A DNA stretch of 64,000 nt, taken from positions 27,342,001 to 27,406,000 of the forward strand of contig CM022673.1 in assembly GCA_012295275.1 (NCBI GenBank). The letters run 5' to 3'. Positions 42,325-54,897 of this stretch are shown here, piece by piece. Position 1 is the first letter of the stretch. Every line of letters starts with the position of its first letter. This DNA is from Chrysomallon squamiferum. Its lineage: Eukaryota; Animalia; Mollusca. A program made the position numbers and the translations under genes. The notes under the pieces are model-generated. The model saw nothing but the letters and a program-made list of their open reading frames with translations. It was not told the DNA's origin and searched no databases.

Positions 42325-43242
42325 ATGGACACAGAAAAGATTGAAAGGCTGCGGGAACGTTTGCTCGTATGTCCCATCTGCATGGACGAATACAAAGATC
42401 CACGGCTGTTACCATGCCATCACACGGTTTGTCTGGAATGTATAGGGAATTTACAAGCATCCTCAATCACGGGACGCATGTTCAGATGTCCACAGTGCAG
42501 ATACGACGTGTGCGTTCCTAGAGGAGGAATCAAGGATTTTCCTTTGAACTTCTACATTATAAGCCTGCAGGATGAACTGGGGACCAAGTCGTATCAAGAC
42601 TGCTGCGACATCTGCAAGCGAGACTGGATGGTGTCGCAGTTCAGATGTGTAGACTGTGATATGGTCATTTGCAAATTTTGCATCCACGAGCACAAGCTGT
42701 TTGGACACGATGTGTCGAAGCAATACAATGTAATGAGGATTGAGGTTAGTCCCACGGATTTCCACATGTCTTCCACAAGAAGTTGTCCCCGCCATATTGA
42801 AGAACTGCTGCAGCTGTATTGTAATACATGTGACAGGCCTCTGTGCATAATTTGCATGTGCGATGAACATAAACGACACGATACAGTTTCTCTGTCCAAC
42901 AAACTGTCACAAGCTCGGACCTTTCTGCAAAAAGAGCTGGACAGGCTGACCACGGAAAAAAGATCAGTGCATAAAGCAATGGAAGACGTGGACAAAACAA
43001 ACGATTCAACCGAAAAATGGTCACGTCAGACGATTACAGATATCAAGGAACGTGCAAGACGGCTTCATGAGAAAATAGACAGCCTCGCTCAAAAACAAAT
43101 AAGTCAAGTTGCAGAGGGAGAGAAACAGAATATCCATGAAATGAATACATACAACAAAAATCTAAAGAGTTATGCAGAAAAGGTAGACAAAGGTTTACAT
43201 TTTCTAGAAGATCTCCAGGAAGGAGATAGAATAAGAAAATAG
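42325..43242 (+). CDS. C-terminally truncated TRIM (RING, two B-boxes, coiled coil), 305 aa, ending at the duplication junction
   Basis: Identical except for 2 residues to aa 1-301 of the 59913-61235 protein. It then reads RIRK* through junction-derived sequence and lacks the C-terminal hydrophobic segments. Acceptor TTTCAG at 42232. Confidence 0.85.
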   Translation: MDTEKIERLRERLLVCPICMDEYKDPRLLPCHHTVCLECIGNLQASSITGRMFRCPQCRYDVCVPRGGIKDFPLNFYIISLQDELGTKSYQDCCDICKRDWMVSQFRCVDCDMVICKFCIHEHKLFGHDVSKQYNVMRIEVSPTDFHMSSTRSCPRHIEELLQLYCNTCDRPLCIICMCDEHKRHDTVSLSNKLSQARTFLQKELDRLTTEKRSVHKAMEDVDKTNDSTEKWSRQTITDIKERARRLHEKIDSLAQKQISQVAEGEKQNIHEMNTYNKNLKSYAEKVDKGLHFLEDLQEGDRIRK

Positions 43243-46200
43243 AACAAGAGCGCATACAGAGGATAAAAGCCGAAAAAGAAGAACTGAAAAATAAGTCTCG
43301 GAATATGGTCAAAAACTGGACAAATACAATAGCTGTAAGATATTAACCACTTTTCCAGTAACTGTTTTAAAAAGCAGAAAATAATTTTGTAGGTTTTATA
43401 GTTGAGAATAATATGATATGGTTCTTAAATGTTATTTCTTTAAGATGATGAATGTTAATAAGATGAAGGAAGCTAATGTTATCCTCATGTCTGAATTTTC
43501 AACTGTTAATTTAAAACTGCTTTTAATATTAACATATATTAAAAGTGGAGAGAAGAAGACATCTTAAAATAACAGCTGAAAGATCAAAAAAGACTCTTCA
43601 TTTTTAAACTGATTAGTATGCCTAATTTGTATGCCTAATTTCAAAGGTTCATAGTGATATTAGCAGTCTAATATGGGATTTTAAGAAACAGAAAGATAAA
43701 CATAAAAAAAAAAAATATATATTTTTTTTTATATCATTTGAAAATAATAATAAAGATAACATAGATATGAATTAATATTTTTCAATTAATGTAAAAATAT
43801 CTTAAACAATGAAAGCTTATTTTATAAATTTTCCTTTCTTTTTTTAATTTGAATTATCATAAACTTTAATTATTCCAAAAAAAGAAAAAGAAAAAAGAAA
43901 CTAACTAAATATTTGTGTGTAAATTACTACAGGGACAAAGACAAAAAAAGCTGGAAGCTCGGCAGATTCGTGAAGCCAAACTTGAAGAGGAGCGTGTAGC
44001 TATTGATTTGGAAGAAGCCAGATATCAGGCCCAGATGAGAAAAGAAGCCATAGAAAAAGCAAAAACCCAGCAGTATTATCAGACAGACCGAGTGAAAAAT
44101 TTCCATGTAAGCAGATAATCACAGGGAAAGTTAGACCCATACGGTGTTAAAATCCTCACAAACAGATATAAAATGAAAACCGATACATGCAAAAGGACAA
44201 TGTGTAAAGTAAATGTATGTTAGTGTATGTATGGGGTGTGGGTATGTATGTATGTATGTAATCTAGTTTTTAAGCAGACTAAACCCTATATTAGGTTCAC
44301 ACACAAATACAAATAAACAAACGCATAAGAAACAAAAATACATTTACCTCTCTTTAAAAGATTATATAATAAAATTATATGCAAATGGAGGCACATCAGA
44401 TAATTTTTTTTTTTTTTTTTTTTCACTTTTATTAAAGAATAAACAAAATAGAACTTTTTTTTTTAAATTTTTTATTTAATTGTTTTTAGGGAGCTCTGAC
44501 TTTAACAGAAGTGCTGAAGGAGAGAGAGGCACAGCTTGAATTGAAAGAGTTGATAGGGAAAGCCAATGAAAGCAAAGACAATGACTGGCTGCAGAAACAG
44601 CAGCGTGCATATGAAGAAGGCATCAGGAGGGATCAAGAGAAGGCAGCTGAAAGGGCCATGAAGGCTAAGCAAAACGCTGAATTCCTAAAACTGCAGTATG
44701 TTTATTTTTATTCATATTTTTGATCAATTCTCAAGTTATTTTACTTTTCTTTCTTTTCTTTTTCTTTTTTTTAAAATAATTTTGATTCTTAATCATACAA
44801 TCATTTCAAGAACATCATTCCAAAGAGCCAAAGAACAGGAATTGATTATTATTATTATTGAAATACTGATTGCCAGGACTTTTGAAAACAAAATCCTGCC
44901 ACTGTTGTGATTTTTACACTTCACTGTATATGTTACAAAATTTTGCTGCCAGCAGAAAAAGCTAAAAGAAAATGGTTGAATGAGAGAATATAATAGTTAT
45001 AGAAGCATTCTCAATGAGAGATAATGCACACTTTCGTATCACATATTCTGAGAACATTTAAACATTTCTGTTCAGTTTGTAATGAAGAACAGTGCTATTT
45101 CACATCAAGTCGTGAAATTCTTGACTCAGTCAACAGAAGCTGAAACATATTCAGATAGTATTGTGTCCCTTTTTGTATGTAATTTGATTTTATTTGTGTA
45201 TAAAAAATATGTAAAAAAGCAAATAAATAAACAAATTCTGTAGCAATTTAAAGTCATGTGATATAAGTGTTTACTAAGAACAACTGTCATTTCATTTGAA
45301 GACGGGTTGTGTGAGTCTTCAGTGTTGCAATGTCAGTGTTCTTTAGTGTCACTGCTTGGCTAAAGGGGTTTTTCTTTTTCCAACTGGTGCTCAAAAATGG
45401 ATTTGTTTTTAAAGGCCTGTTTACAGGAGTTGCACATAACAGATCCCTTCCACATACATGTAACACTATAAGTATTATGTTACAGATCATCATTACACAA
45501 TTAATTAATTCTAGAATGGCTGTTTAAATAAATATTGTTCAATGTTTCATTAATTTGTACATTTTGTTATTCCAGAGCACTTGAGCATGAGAGACAGAGA
45601 CTGAAAGATGAGGAAGAGGACAGGAAAGAGGCAGAGGAGCTGAAGAAACTGGCTGATATGTATCATTCAGAGAAAAAACAACTGGAAGAAATACAGTTTG
45701 CAGAGAAGAGACAACAAGCCAAGGCTAACAGGCAGCAGTTTGAAGAGCTGAAGAAACTGAGAGACATCCAAGCTCAGCAAGAGGAGGTATGTAGTTTTTG
45801 TAATAATAAACCTAAATACAAGATACTGTATGTTATTTATTTTTGGGGTCCATCCTTTTCTAACAATAAATTACAACAGTTTGTCCTTTTTTTTTTTTTT
45901 AAGAGATCAATTTATGTTAATAATAAAGTTTGTATTGAAAAAGTTAAAGAAAAGAAAACAGCAGAGTTGCAGATTTTTTCTCCATACTTACTTTTTATTA
46001 TCACTGAAAATATTAGTTACTTAAAAATTAACTGAAATTTTATTCTTGAAATATGTCAGTTTTGTTTCTTCAGATATGTTCAAGAGATCTTGACACTGGA
46101 TGAAATAAAGTAAATAAAATGTACTAACAACATGTATTTTTAAAAATAATTATTACATATTTGTTCTTAATGTATGCTTATGTTGTTTTGTTTTACTATT

Positions 46201-48659
46201 TGTTTCACAGGAAGAAGATGAAGAGTGTCGCATATTTGCTGCAGCTAAGAGGAAGATGATGAAACTCAGAGCACTGAAAGAAAAAGAGATCCAACAGTAT
46301 GTTGTTGTTTTTTTGTTTGTTTGTTTGTTTGTTTTTTCATCTTAACATGGTCATAGTATTTTTAATGTATCATTAAATAAGCTATTTTCTCCTTCCTTTG
46401 TACCTAATGACTCTGAGCTGCAGCTGTGATTTATTTCCATTCCAATTAATCTTTGTTAATAATAAAGTTGGATTTAATAAAAAAAAAAGTTTTAAAGAAA
46501 ATAAACAAGGATTTGAAGATGAATTAAGACTTGAAAATTTCACCCTTATTTCCCTAGCAATTAATCTAAGTTAAAAAAAAGAAAATGTTTAAAAAAAATA
46601 TAATAATAATAATAAAAAAAAAGAAAAAAGAAGTATTTGAAAATGAATCAAGGCTTGCAGTTTCACCCAAATCATGAAATAACCTGATAAAACAGAAATA
46701 CAAACAGTAGAAACCTCCAGGGCACAGACAATTTTTAAATATTCTCAATAAAAAAGTGTCACCTTTAAAAATAACTGTAGGGTGCCATTGTGACAAAATC
46801 ATAATGTGAATCTTTTATTATTTTTTTTTTTTTTCATTCCAGAGAAAAGCAAAAGATCCTGGACAATATACGAGACAAACTGTCCAATCAGATGAAGGAG
46901 TTCCAGGACAATGAGGACACTCGCATCAAGGAGGCTGTAGAAGAAGCTGATGAGAAGCGCAGGAAGGAGGACGAAGAAAGAGAACATAAAGTGATGATGG
47001 CAATAAAAGCTCAGCAAGAGGATCGTCTGCATCGAGTAAGTTTTAAATTGGTGTGCAGAAAACCAAACCATTGATCTACACTGTACGCTTGGTACCAGAG
47101 GTGATCTGGATGTCTGGATGCAAGCTAAATATGTAGTTAAAAGATTAAAAAAAAATGGAATTAAAATAAAAAAGTTAAGGTAGAATTTAACAAGTTAATA
47201 CACAGGATTTCATTCATCTTTATTAGTCAATTTAAAATTGTTAAAATACCTGTAAGAGAATATTCTTCCACTAGCAAGTTGAATTTCTGTTAGTCATTTA
47301 TATAAAGCTGAAATTTATTGCGAGAAGGTCACCTGCCTCAAAACACAGCAACGCGCTCTCACTTGAACTGGCATCACAGAAATTAAAACAAAGAACACTC
47401 AATTAAAACAAATACAGTTTAAAAGATAACTGGTTTTTCAAGATATTGTATAGTCAGATAAATGGTTCTCTATCTTTACTGATTAACATCTCTTTTTGCC
47501 ATATTAGAAATCATTGAGCAGGCTGTAACATGAACATATTTTGATTGCCTTTGTAGTTGCAAATGGAGGAAGAGCAAAAGAAGAAGGACAAACTCGAAAT
47601 GCTTGAAATGTTGCGACTACGTGATGAGGCAGACAAAGTTTTCCACATAAACGAAATGATGAAAGCCAAACGCAAGAAAGAAGCAGCTGACTTTTTGGCA
47701 AACTATCAACTGCAACAGAAGGTTTGTATTGAGAAAACAAATCTTTTTGCTTTATCTTCTCTTTGTGTTTTATTATTATTATTGGTAATTTAGAATCCAA
47801 ATAAATAAGTATTTGTTTAATGCTCAGTATTTTTTGTTTTTTGTTAAATAATGACAGTATGACAGAGGAACATTGATTTTTTTAATTTTTTTTTATTGAT
47901 TTATATAATCATATTCCAATAGAGAGGACAGTACATTATGATCTGTAATAATTGTATCAGTTGAGGAGCTCTGGTTGGAATGGCAAATATCCATCATTTA
48001 CAGTCAACTTCAAATTTTAATGTGTTTTTATGTGGGTTTTATTATTTCAAGAAATAAGATTATTCATACTTAGATAAGTTCCCTTCTTCACATTTTCATT
48101 AGTTCATTTGACTGTTAATTCATGACCATTTGTTTTATTAAGCATTTATTTCTCTTGACAGATTAGCTTTTATATTATAGTTTTACCACAAACTGGTTAA
48201 AATTTACATTTTTAATGTAATCACAGTTATTTAAAAATATTAATTCTGGCAACAGACTAGATGATACATTTTGTTTATAAATGTTTACAAATTATTTCTC
48301 AGGCCGAACGCGAAAGAGAAGAAAGGGAAGAAAGAGAACGACAGATAGCTCTTGACCAAGCGAATGTGGAACTGCTCAAAACGGAGGAAGCGCAGTTCCA
48401 GGAATACGCTCAGAAGGTCATCAAACATTGCCAAGATGGAGGGCGCAACATTTATCCTCTCAAGAAAGCTGCGAAGGAAGGAGCTGGTTGAGGATTGGGT
48501 CCCGTCTTTCAAGGAAAGGGAGGACTTCGGCCAAGCTACATGGTTAGTGACACTTCAGGGGTCCAGCTGCCATGTTTTAAGGGAGAGTCGACAGAAAACA
48601 CCAAACAAATGATCGAAGGAAAATATCCAACAAAGGCGAGATGCGGGTTTGTGTGGTGA
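43237..48659 (+). pseudogene. CFAP210: 5'-truncated CFAP210 copy B, fused behind the TRIM exon, with a nonsense codon in the last exon
   Basis: Exon pieces 43237-43334, 43933-44106, 44490-44695, 45576-45786, 46211-46296, 46843-47035, 47557-47721 and 48303-48659 keep intact splice sites. Promoter, exon 1 and the 5' part of exon 2 are missing. TGA at 48489-48491 where copy A has GGC. Pseudogene status is uncertain (see findings). Confidence 0.75.
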
Positions 48660-49488
48660 ACAGTATACGTGTTGTTTATTGTTATTTTGGAATGGAAAAA
48701 CTAACAACAAGTGAATATTGTATTATAATAAACACTGACATTATATGGGATCATTTTTGGAATGTATGCAAGCTGGCATTCATTCACTTCATAAGCAAAT
48801 CATTGAAGAAAAAGTGAAGAAAAAAAAAATTATTTTAATAATAAGTTGCTAGATGTGAAGCTTATCTTTAAAGTTATTTAATTTATTATTTATAAGATTT
48901 TTATCACAATAACAATAGCAGTTAAATATATATTCAGTGGAATTTCATTCTTATACTGTGGGTAAGCAAGTTGTTATTGTTTTGTGTTGTTTGTTCACTG
49001 AGTGAAGATGATAATGTGGCAGGGATTTTCAAATTTTATTATTTTTAAAAGCCAGAAGAAACCAATAAAACTATGTGAAAGAAATAATAATTAACAAATA
49101 CTCAGAAAGAAGTAACATTCTACATAATAAATACAGTCAACTGAAAAATGTTACATGATAATTAAATGAATGGGTATTTTTTATTTATTTATAATTAAAA
49201 CACAATTATATTCTCATTTAAGTGTTCAGGAAGTAGTCTGGATTAAGCCTAACTAAAAAAGCCAGAATAAAATTTACATTTGAGTTTGGAAATAAAAAAA
49301 TATATTCCATTAACAAGATGGTAACGTTTGTATCTATTTTCAATTTTATAGTCTGCTATACAAGTTTTATAACTTTACTGACTGTATTTCTTTTGTGCAA
49401 TTTATTTCAGACTATTTCACTGTCATTTTAACAATAAATAATTAAACTATTTTAAAGTAATACTTTTTATGACACACACAAATATATG

Positions 49489-49546
<58 letters not shown>

Positions 49547-50551
49547 AATGGCTTTTAATTAAATATTTTCAGAAATGCTTTTGTTATTTGTTTGCTTTTC
49601 TTTTGGTTATTGTAGTAGAGAAATTATGGATTGCATTTTGTCAAAATTTGGGAATTAATTGAACAATTCCTTTAATAAGTTAAAAATGAATACTAGTACT
49701 TTTATACCAAGTTGTTATTTTAGGTCAGGATTTAAATAAATATGTATTTCTTCTGCAAAAGCTAGGAGAGACTGATGAAGTGAAAAAATGAAGTGAATGA
49801 ATGCTTTTCACCCAAATTCCCAAAATGAGAATATTACAGAAACGGTGGTTTAGTAATTATAATGCTTTGAAGAGCAAAGATGAGCAGCATTCAGAATTTA
49901 CGTCTCAAAATTAAGACTTTTAACCATTATATATAATCTGTAAATTCTTCCCTAAATTTAATGATTAATAGATTTTAATAATCTGGTTACAACAAAAACA
50001 AAAACAAAACCACAACATAAAATAAATCATTTATTTGAACAGTTAAACAAAGTACAAAAATTTCTTAACGTAAAAATGATAAATTCTTACAAAAACAAAT
50101 TAAAAAAAGATTAAATGCTATGAATATGTTATTAAGAGCTCTGTGTTGTTATGTATACGTTTTATTTGATTATATCCTCTTTTACACCATTTTTCTTCTT
50201 AAATGCACGTGTAAAATCTACAAATTCATGATTAGGCTGCAGAATGACACTTGTGGTTTTATTCTATCCTCGTATTAATAATACATGAAATCATCAGTGT
50301 TTTGTTAAGTAATGTTAATTACTGAACATACATACATACATGATCAATTACCTGTATTCAGCATAATTCACTTATGTGCACCATCTTAAACAATGGTGTG
50401 TAAAATATCCAGCAATTTCAAGATTACAAAAGGCATGTGGTTTCTGTTTTATCAATCCAAAGCTGTCTTTTTTTTAATCAACCATTTTATTTCTGCATTT
50501 TAACACTCTCTGGGGAGTTACATTCATCAAAATAATAGCATCTCCAGGATT

Positions 50552-50850
50552 CCTTTCTGTTCTACACACACACAAGTTGATAATATGCCAATTAATAAAA
50601 CTATGACTTGGATATACATTTATAATAAAATATATTATATACAATTCAAATTGTGTTATGTAACATACCTAGCCTTAGTCATATGTGGTACAGAAGAAAA
50701 ATGTAAAATTTATTAACAGTTCATTGAATAAAAAAAATAATAAATAAATAAATAAATGATATGGTGTTACAGGAAAATAAGTAATTTAAATACTTACAAT
50801 AGCAAACCCAAGCCATACGTAATACACTGGTGATTGTCTAGGAACTATTT
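50552..50850 (-). pseudogene. PGAP3: Second copy of the PGAP3 exon/intron relic
   Basis: Duplicate of 33004-33294. Relic exon at 50850-50798. Confidence 0.85.
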
Positions 50851-51540
50851 CTGGATTATACAAGCATATATGTATAATAAAATAGTTATAAAAGAAACTG
50901 ATATGTAAAACCAGTTCAGTATAAGTAGATATATTATGAAACAAATGGAAATTTAAAAAAAAAAATTATTTATTATTTATTTTTAAATTATGAATTATAT
51001 TTAACAATTTCTGATAAAAAAGGTTTTTGAGGTTATTATTGCAAAAAGGAGAGTTTATCAGTGTATAACAAATAAAAGTGAAATGTTGTTTTCAAACTTT
51101 TAATACTGAACATTTTAGTTAAAAAATTTTGACAAATTAAGGAATAGTTTATTTATCATGAATATTTTTTATAATTAATTTTTTTTTTTTTTTAAATGAC
51201 TTTGAACAATAAAAAATTATTTTTATGTTCAAAATTAAGTAACAAAATTATGATTACTCAAGTTGGAGTAAGTTGTCAGTTCTAACAATAATAATAAATG
51301 AAGTAAATAAATATATAATGAATGTCACTAGGTGGTTTTAAAAAAAAAAAAATTAAAAAAGACCACAACAACAAAATATCATTGACTTGTTAAGAATTAC
51401 TTTAAAGCAATATCAAAAATAAAAAAAATAATATAAAATAATAATAATAATAATAATATTAATAATAATAAAAATAAATTAATAAAATTATAATAATAAA
51501 TGTAATGGCAATACTAAAATATAAGAACGTAAATGATTTT

Positions 51541-54500
51541 TTAATCCAATTTTAAGCTTTCATCTTCTTCTTGAACTTGAAGATAAAGACAATCTTCTGT
51601 GATGAAACTGAAAAATAAAATTAATTAATTAACTGATAAATTACTTTATCCCTTATGATGATAGTTTTAATGTTTCATTTATTATAAACCAAACCATACT
51701 GTTAATATTAATTGATAACTAAATAATTTTTAATCTCTATGTATAAAAAAAAATAAATAAATAAAAAGATCAAACATATTCTGAAGTTCTAAAATATTAT
51801 ACTAATGTCACACTTTACCATCTTTGTAGGTCAGATAATATGTATTATGAAAATAAAATTTGTTAACATTTCACACTACAATTTGGATACAGTAATTAAC
51901 AAAAAAAATAATAATAAATAAAATACTTTTGAAGTCATTCTCAAACAGCAAAAAAATAAAATAAAAAATAAAACGTTAACGAATTAATGAATTTCACTGT
52001 GTTGTAAAAACAGAAAAAATTAACTTATACACACTTACCGATACCATGGATACAATAAAGGTATTGTGCCAGCATGCCAGAGCGAATGAGCATCAAACAC
52101 CCAGAGAAAAGGGGGAAGATCGAATATTTCAAGCAGGACTAGCACATTGAGACCAATGACGACAATAGCACAGTTAATAACATACGGTTGTTTCTTCTTG
52201 TGTTTGTAGCACCAAGTCAACCAAGCTACCATGTTCACAACAGCTGAAAAGTAGTTTGTGAATTAACAGAGTTAACACTTTTATCTGAAAAATATACTAA
52301 AATAGTTAAATGTTTTTCTCTTGGTATTTCAAATTAGTATCATAAAATGTGGTTCCTCTGTTCATATAATTGTCAATTTCACAACAACAACAAAAATAAA
52401 AAATAAATAAAAAAATTATAATCACTGACTGAGCAAAATATATAGGAAATCTTTTGACAACTATTGGGTACTGGGTAACTGTAGCAATAAAATTTAAAAT
52501 ATATTTTTAAAACAAATTCTTATTTAATCTGATTCGACACAAAATTTTGCATAATCATGCCTGGAAAAGCATGGAATTAATAAATTTAAGTTTAGATGCA
52601 ATCAAAATTGTTCAAATTATATTAATTTCTCCTGTCACTTTTGTTTTTGTGTTTGAGCACTTGCAGAAACCATGATTAAAAAATTTAAAAATAAAATTCA
52701 GTTGCTGAATAAACACTCACCTGTACACATATTAACCTTCATATTGTATCCATAGTCGAACTTCACTAAACCTAAACACGCTATGTGTGAGAGATAGAAG
52801 GTGACAAGACAAATAGACGGTATTATAATACGCCATCGTATCTTTGTTCCTAAAACACTAGAAAATAAAATTTAATAAAAAATAAGAAAAAAGAAGATGT
52901 AGAACAAAATGCTAATTTAACCTGCTTTTCAAAAACATATAAATTTTAATTTTAGAAAAGTGTAATCTTTACGATAATTTATTACAGATTGTACTTTTTT
53001 GCAAAGTGTTAAATGTTACCGAAATTCATTTAAATGGTTCTTTATCATAATTAACTGTGTGTGTATGTTTGTATTTGTATGTGTTATTACATATACATAC
53101 ACAAAACAAAATTTACATCAATCAATATTTTACATTTTTTATTTTATATAATATTTTTTAGGAACTATAATTGCTTAAGATGATTTTTTAAGTGGCACAA
53201 TTTGAATGGAATTATATTTACCGGCAAAAGAAACTAAACAGGTTGTAAACCACCAGTGAGAATGCACAGAAATAATCCATCATCTGCAAAAAATAAATAA
53301 ATAAATAAATAAATAAATAACATAACATAACATAACATAACATAACATAACTTAACTTAAACAAAAGATCAGTTTATTTCGCAAATTTATGTATTTTGTA
53401 TTATCATTATCATTATCATTATCATTATCATTACTGTTACTGTTACTGTTACTGTTACTATAACTATAACTATTATTATTATATATTAGTGAAAAACTGA
53501 AGCCACTATTCCTTGGGATAACTTTACCGATTAGCAGAAAAGGATCTTTTTTATATCTGCACCTTCCCTTAAACAGGAGAGCACCTATTCTGGTCTCTAA
53601 CAAGACGATTATAAAAAAAATGGCTGCAACAAGGATAAGACGCAAAGGATTTAACAGGGACCAATGAGAAAAAATGAAATAAAATTTAACCATAATTAAC
53701 TGATAATATGGGATGTTGATGTAAATGATGATGACGATGGTAATGGTGGTGATGATGATGATGATTTTGATGATGATGTCAATAATAAAACCATTATATC
53801 CCTTTATATGCTCCTACTGACAGTTTTTTGCAGCCCAGGGTCAAATAAAGTGAGTATGCAAACAAATTATTTTAAATGAGATTTGTTACGTTATTACAAT
53901 TTAGCAAGTCAAATTTTAAAATTCTATAATATCTAAAAGCAAACCTCTGTGAATTTTTATCCCTGATATGAAAAACTGTAGACCAGAACCAGGCATTAGC
54001 ACACACCTGAAAACAAGAACCATTATTATAATGTTAGCAATTCAACTGAACATGAACACTGATAATCAAATTGTTCTATGATGTAGACTAAGATACTGAA
54101 ACAGAGAAAAAAAAAAAAAAAAAAATCAAATTAACAGTTCACATTGTTAATATAATCGAAAAGTGAACTAATATAACTTTAAAAATTAAAGAACATTAAG
54201 ATTGTGACTATAACTAATGGAAAACTGATAATCTCTCTCTCTCTCTCTCTCTTTTACCTAACAAGCTTTAAGCAAAACAATAATTATTGTTTTCCCTTCT
54301 GTTCTACAAGTTGATAATAAGCCAGTTAATAAAAATATGACTTGGATAAAAATTTATAATAAAATATATTACAAACAATTCAAGTTGTCTTATGTAACTT
54401 ACATAGGGCCAGTCAGTGTGTGGTACAGAGGGAAAATGTAATTGAACAAAAAAAAAAAATAATAATAAAAAAAAAATAAATGATATGGTGTTACAGGAAA

Positions 54501-54859
54501 ATAAGTAATGTAAATACTTACAATAGCAAACCCATGCCATACATAATACATTGGTGCTTGTTTAGGAACTTTTGAACGAAAGTAGAAAATGCCAAGATGG
54601 CCAAGTCCATTTAGTAAAGAAAAAATTGTTGATGCAGGTTCCTGTATTCCCCATAGTCTGACAAATGGCCACTAGAAACAAAGTGTTTACTATTTCATAT
54701 AAGCATAAAAATACGTTAAATTAATACAGTTTAAATTTCAGTATGATATTAAAATAAAAACTCGCCTGACATGTACAATATGAATGTTACTGATAATAAT
54801 CTGCTTTAAATTTCTAAATACACTTCACTTCTGATGACCTCTACTTTCTTTTTTAATTA

Positions 54860-54897
<38 letters not shown>

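Larger units (their letters stand above)
25703..43226 (+). repeat. Tandem segmental duplication, unit A (17,524 bp)
   Basis: Colinear and near-identical to 43237-60814 across exons, introns and intergenic DNA. Begins inside CFAP210 exon 2 and ends inside the TRIM CDS (...CAGGAAGGAGA). Confidence 0.97.

Noticed and set aside
42463-43024. Antisense ORFs over the TRIM CDS (also 60051-60612), and similar ones over PHOSPHO2 and CFAP210 exons
   Set aside because: Shadow frames of real coding sequence. Their presence in both units only reflects the duplication.
43230-43242. Programmed -1 ribosomal frameshift into the CFAP210 frame
   Set aside because: A AGA AAA is not a canonical X XXY YYZ slippery heptamer, and I see no downstream stimulatory structure.
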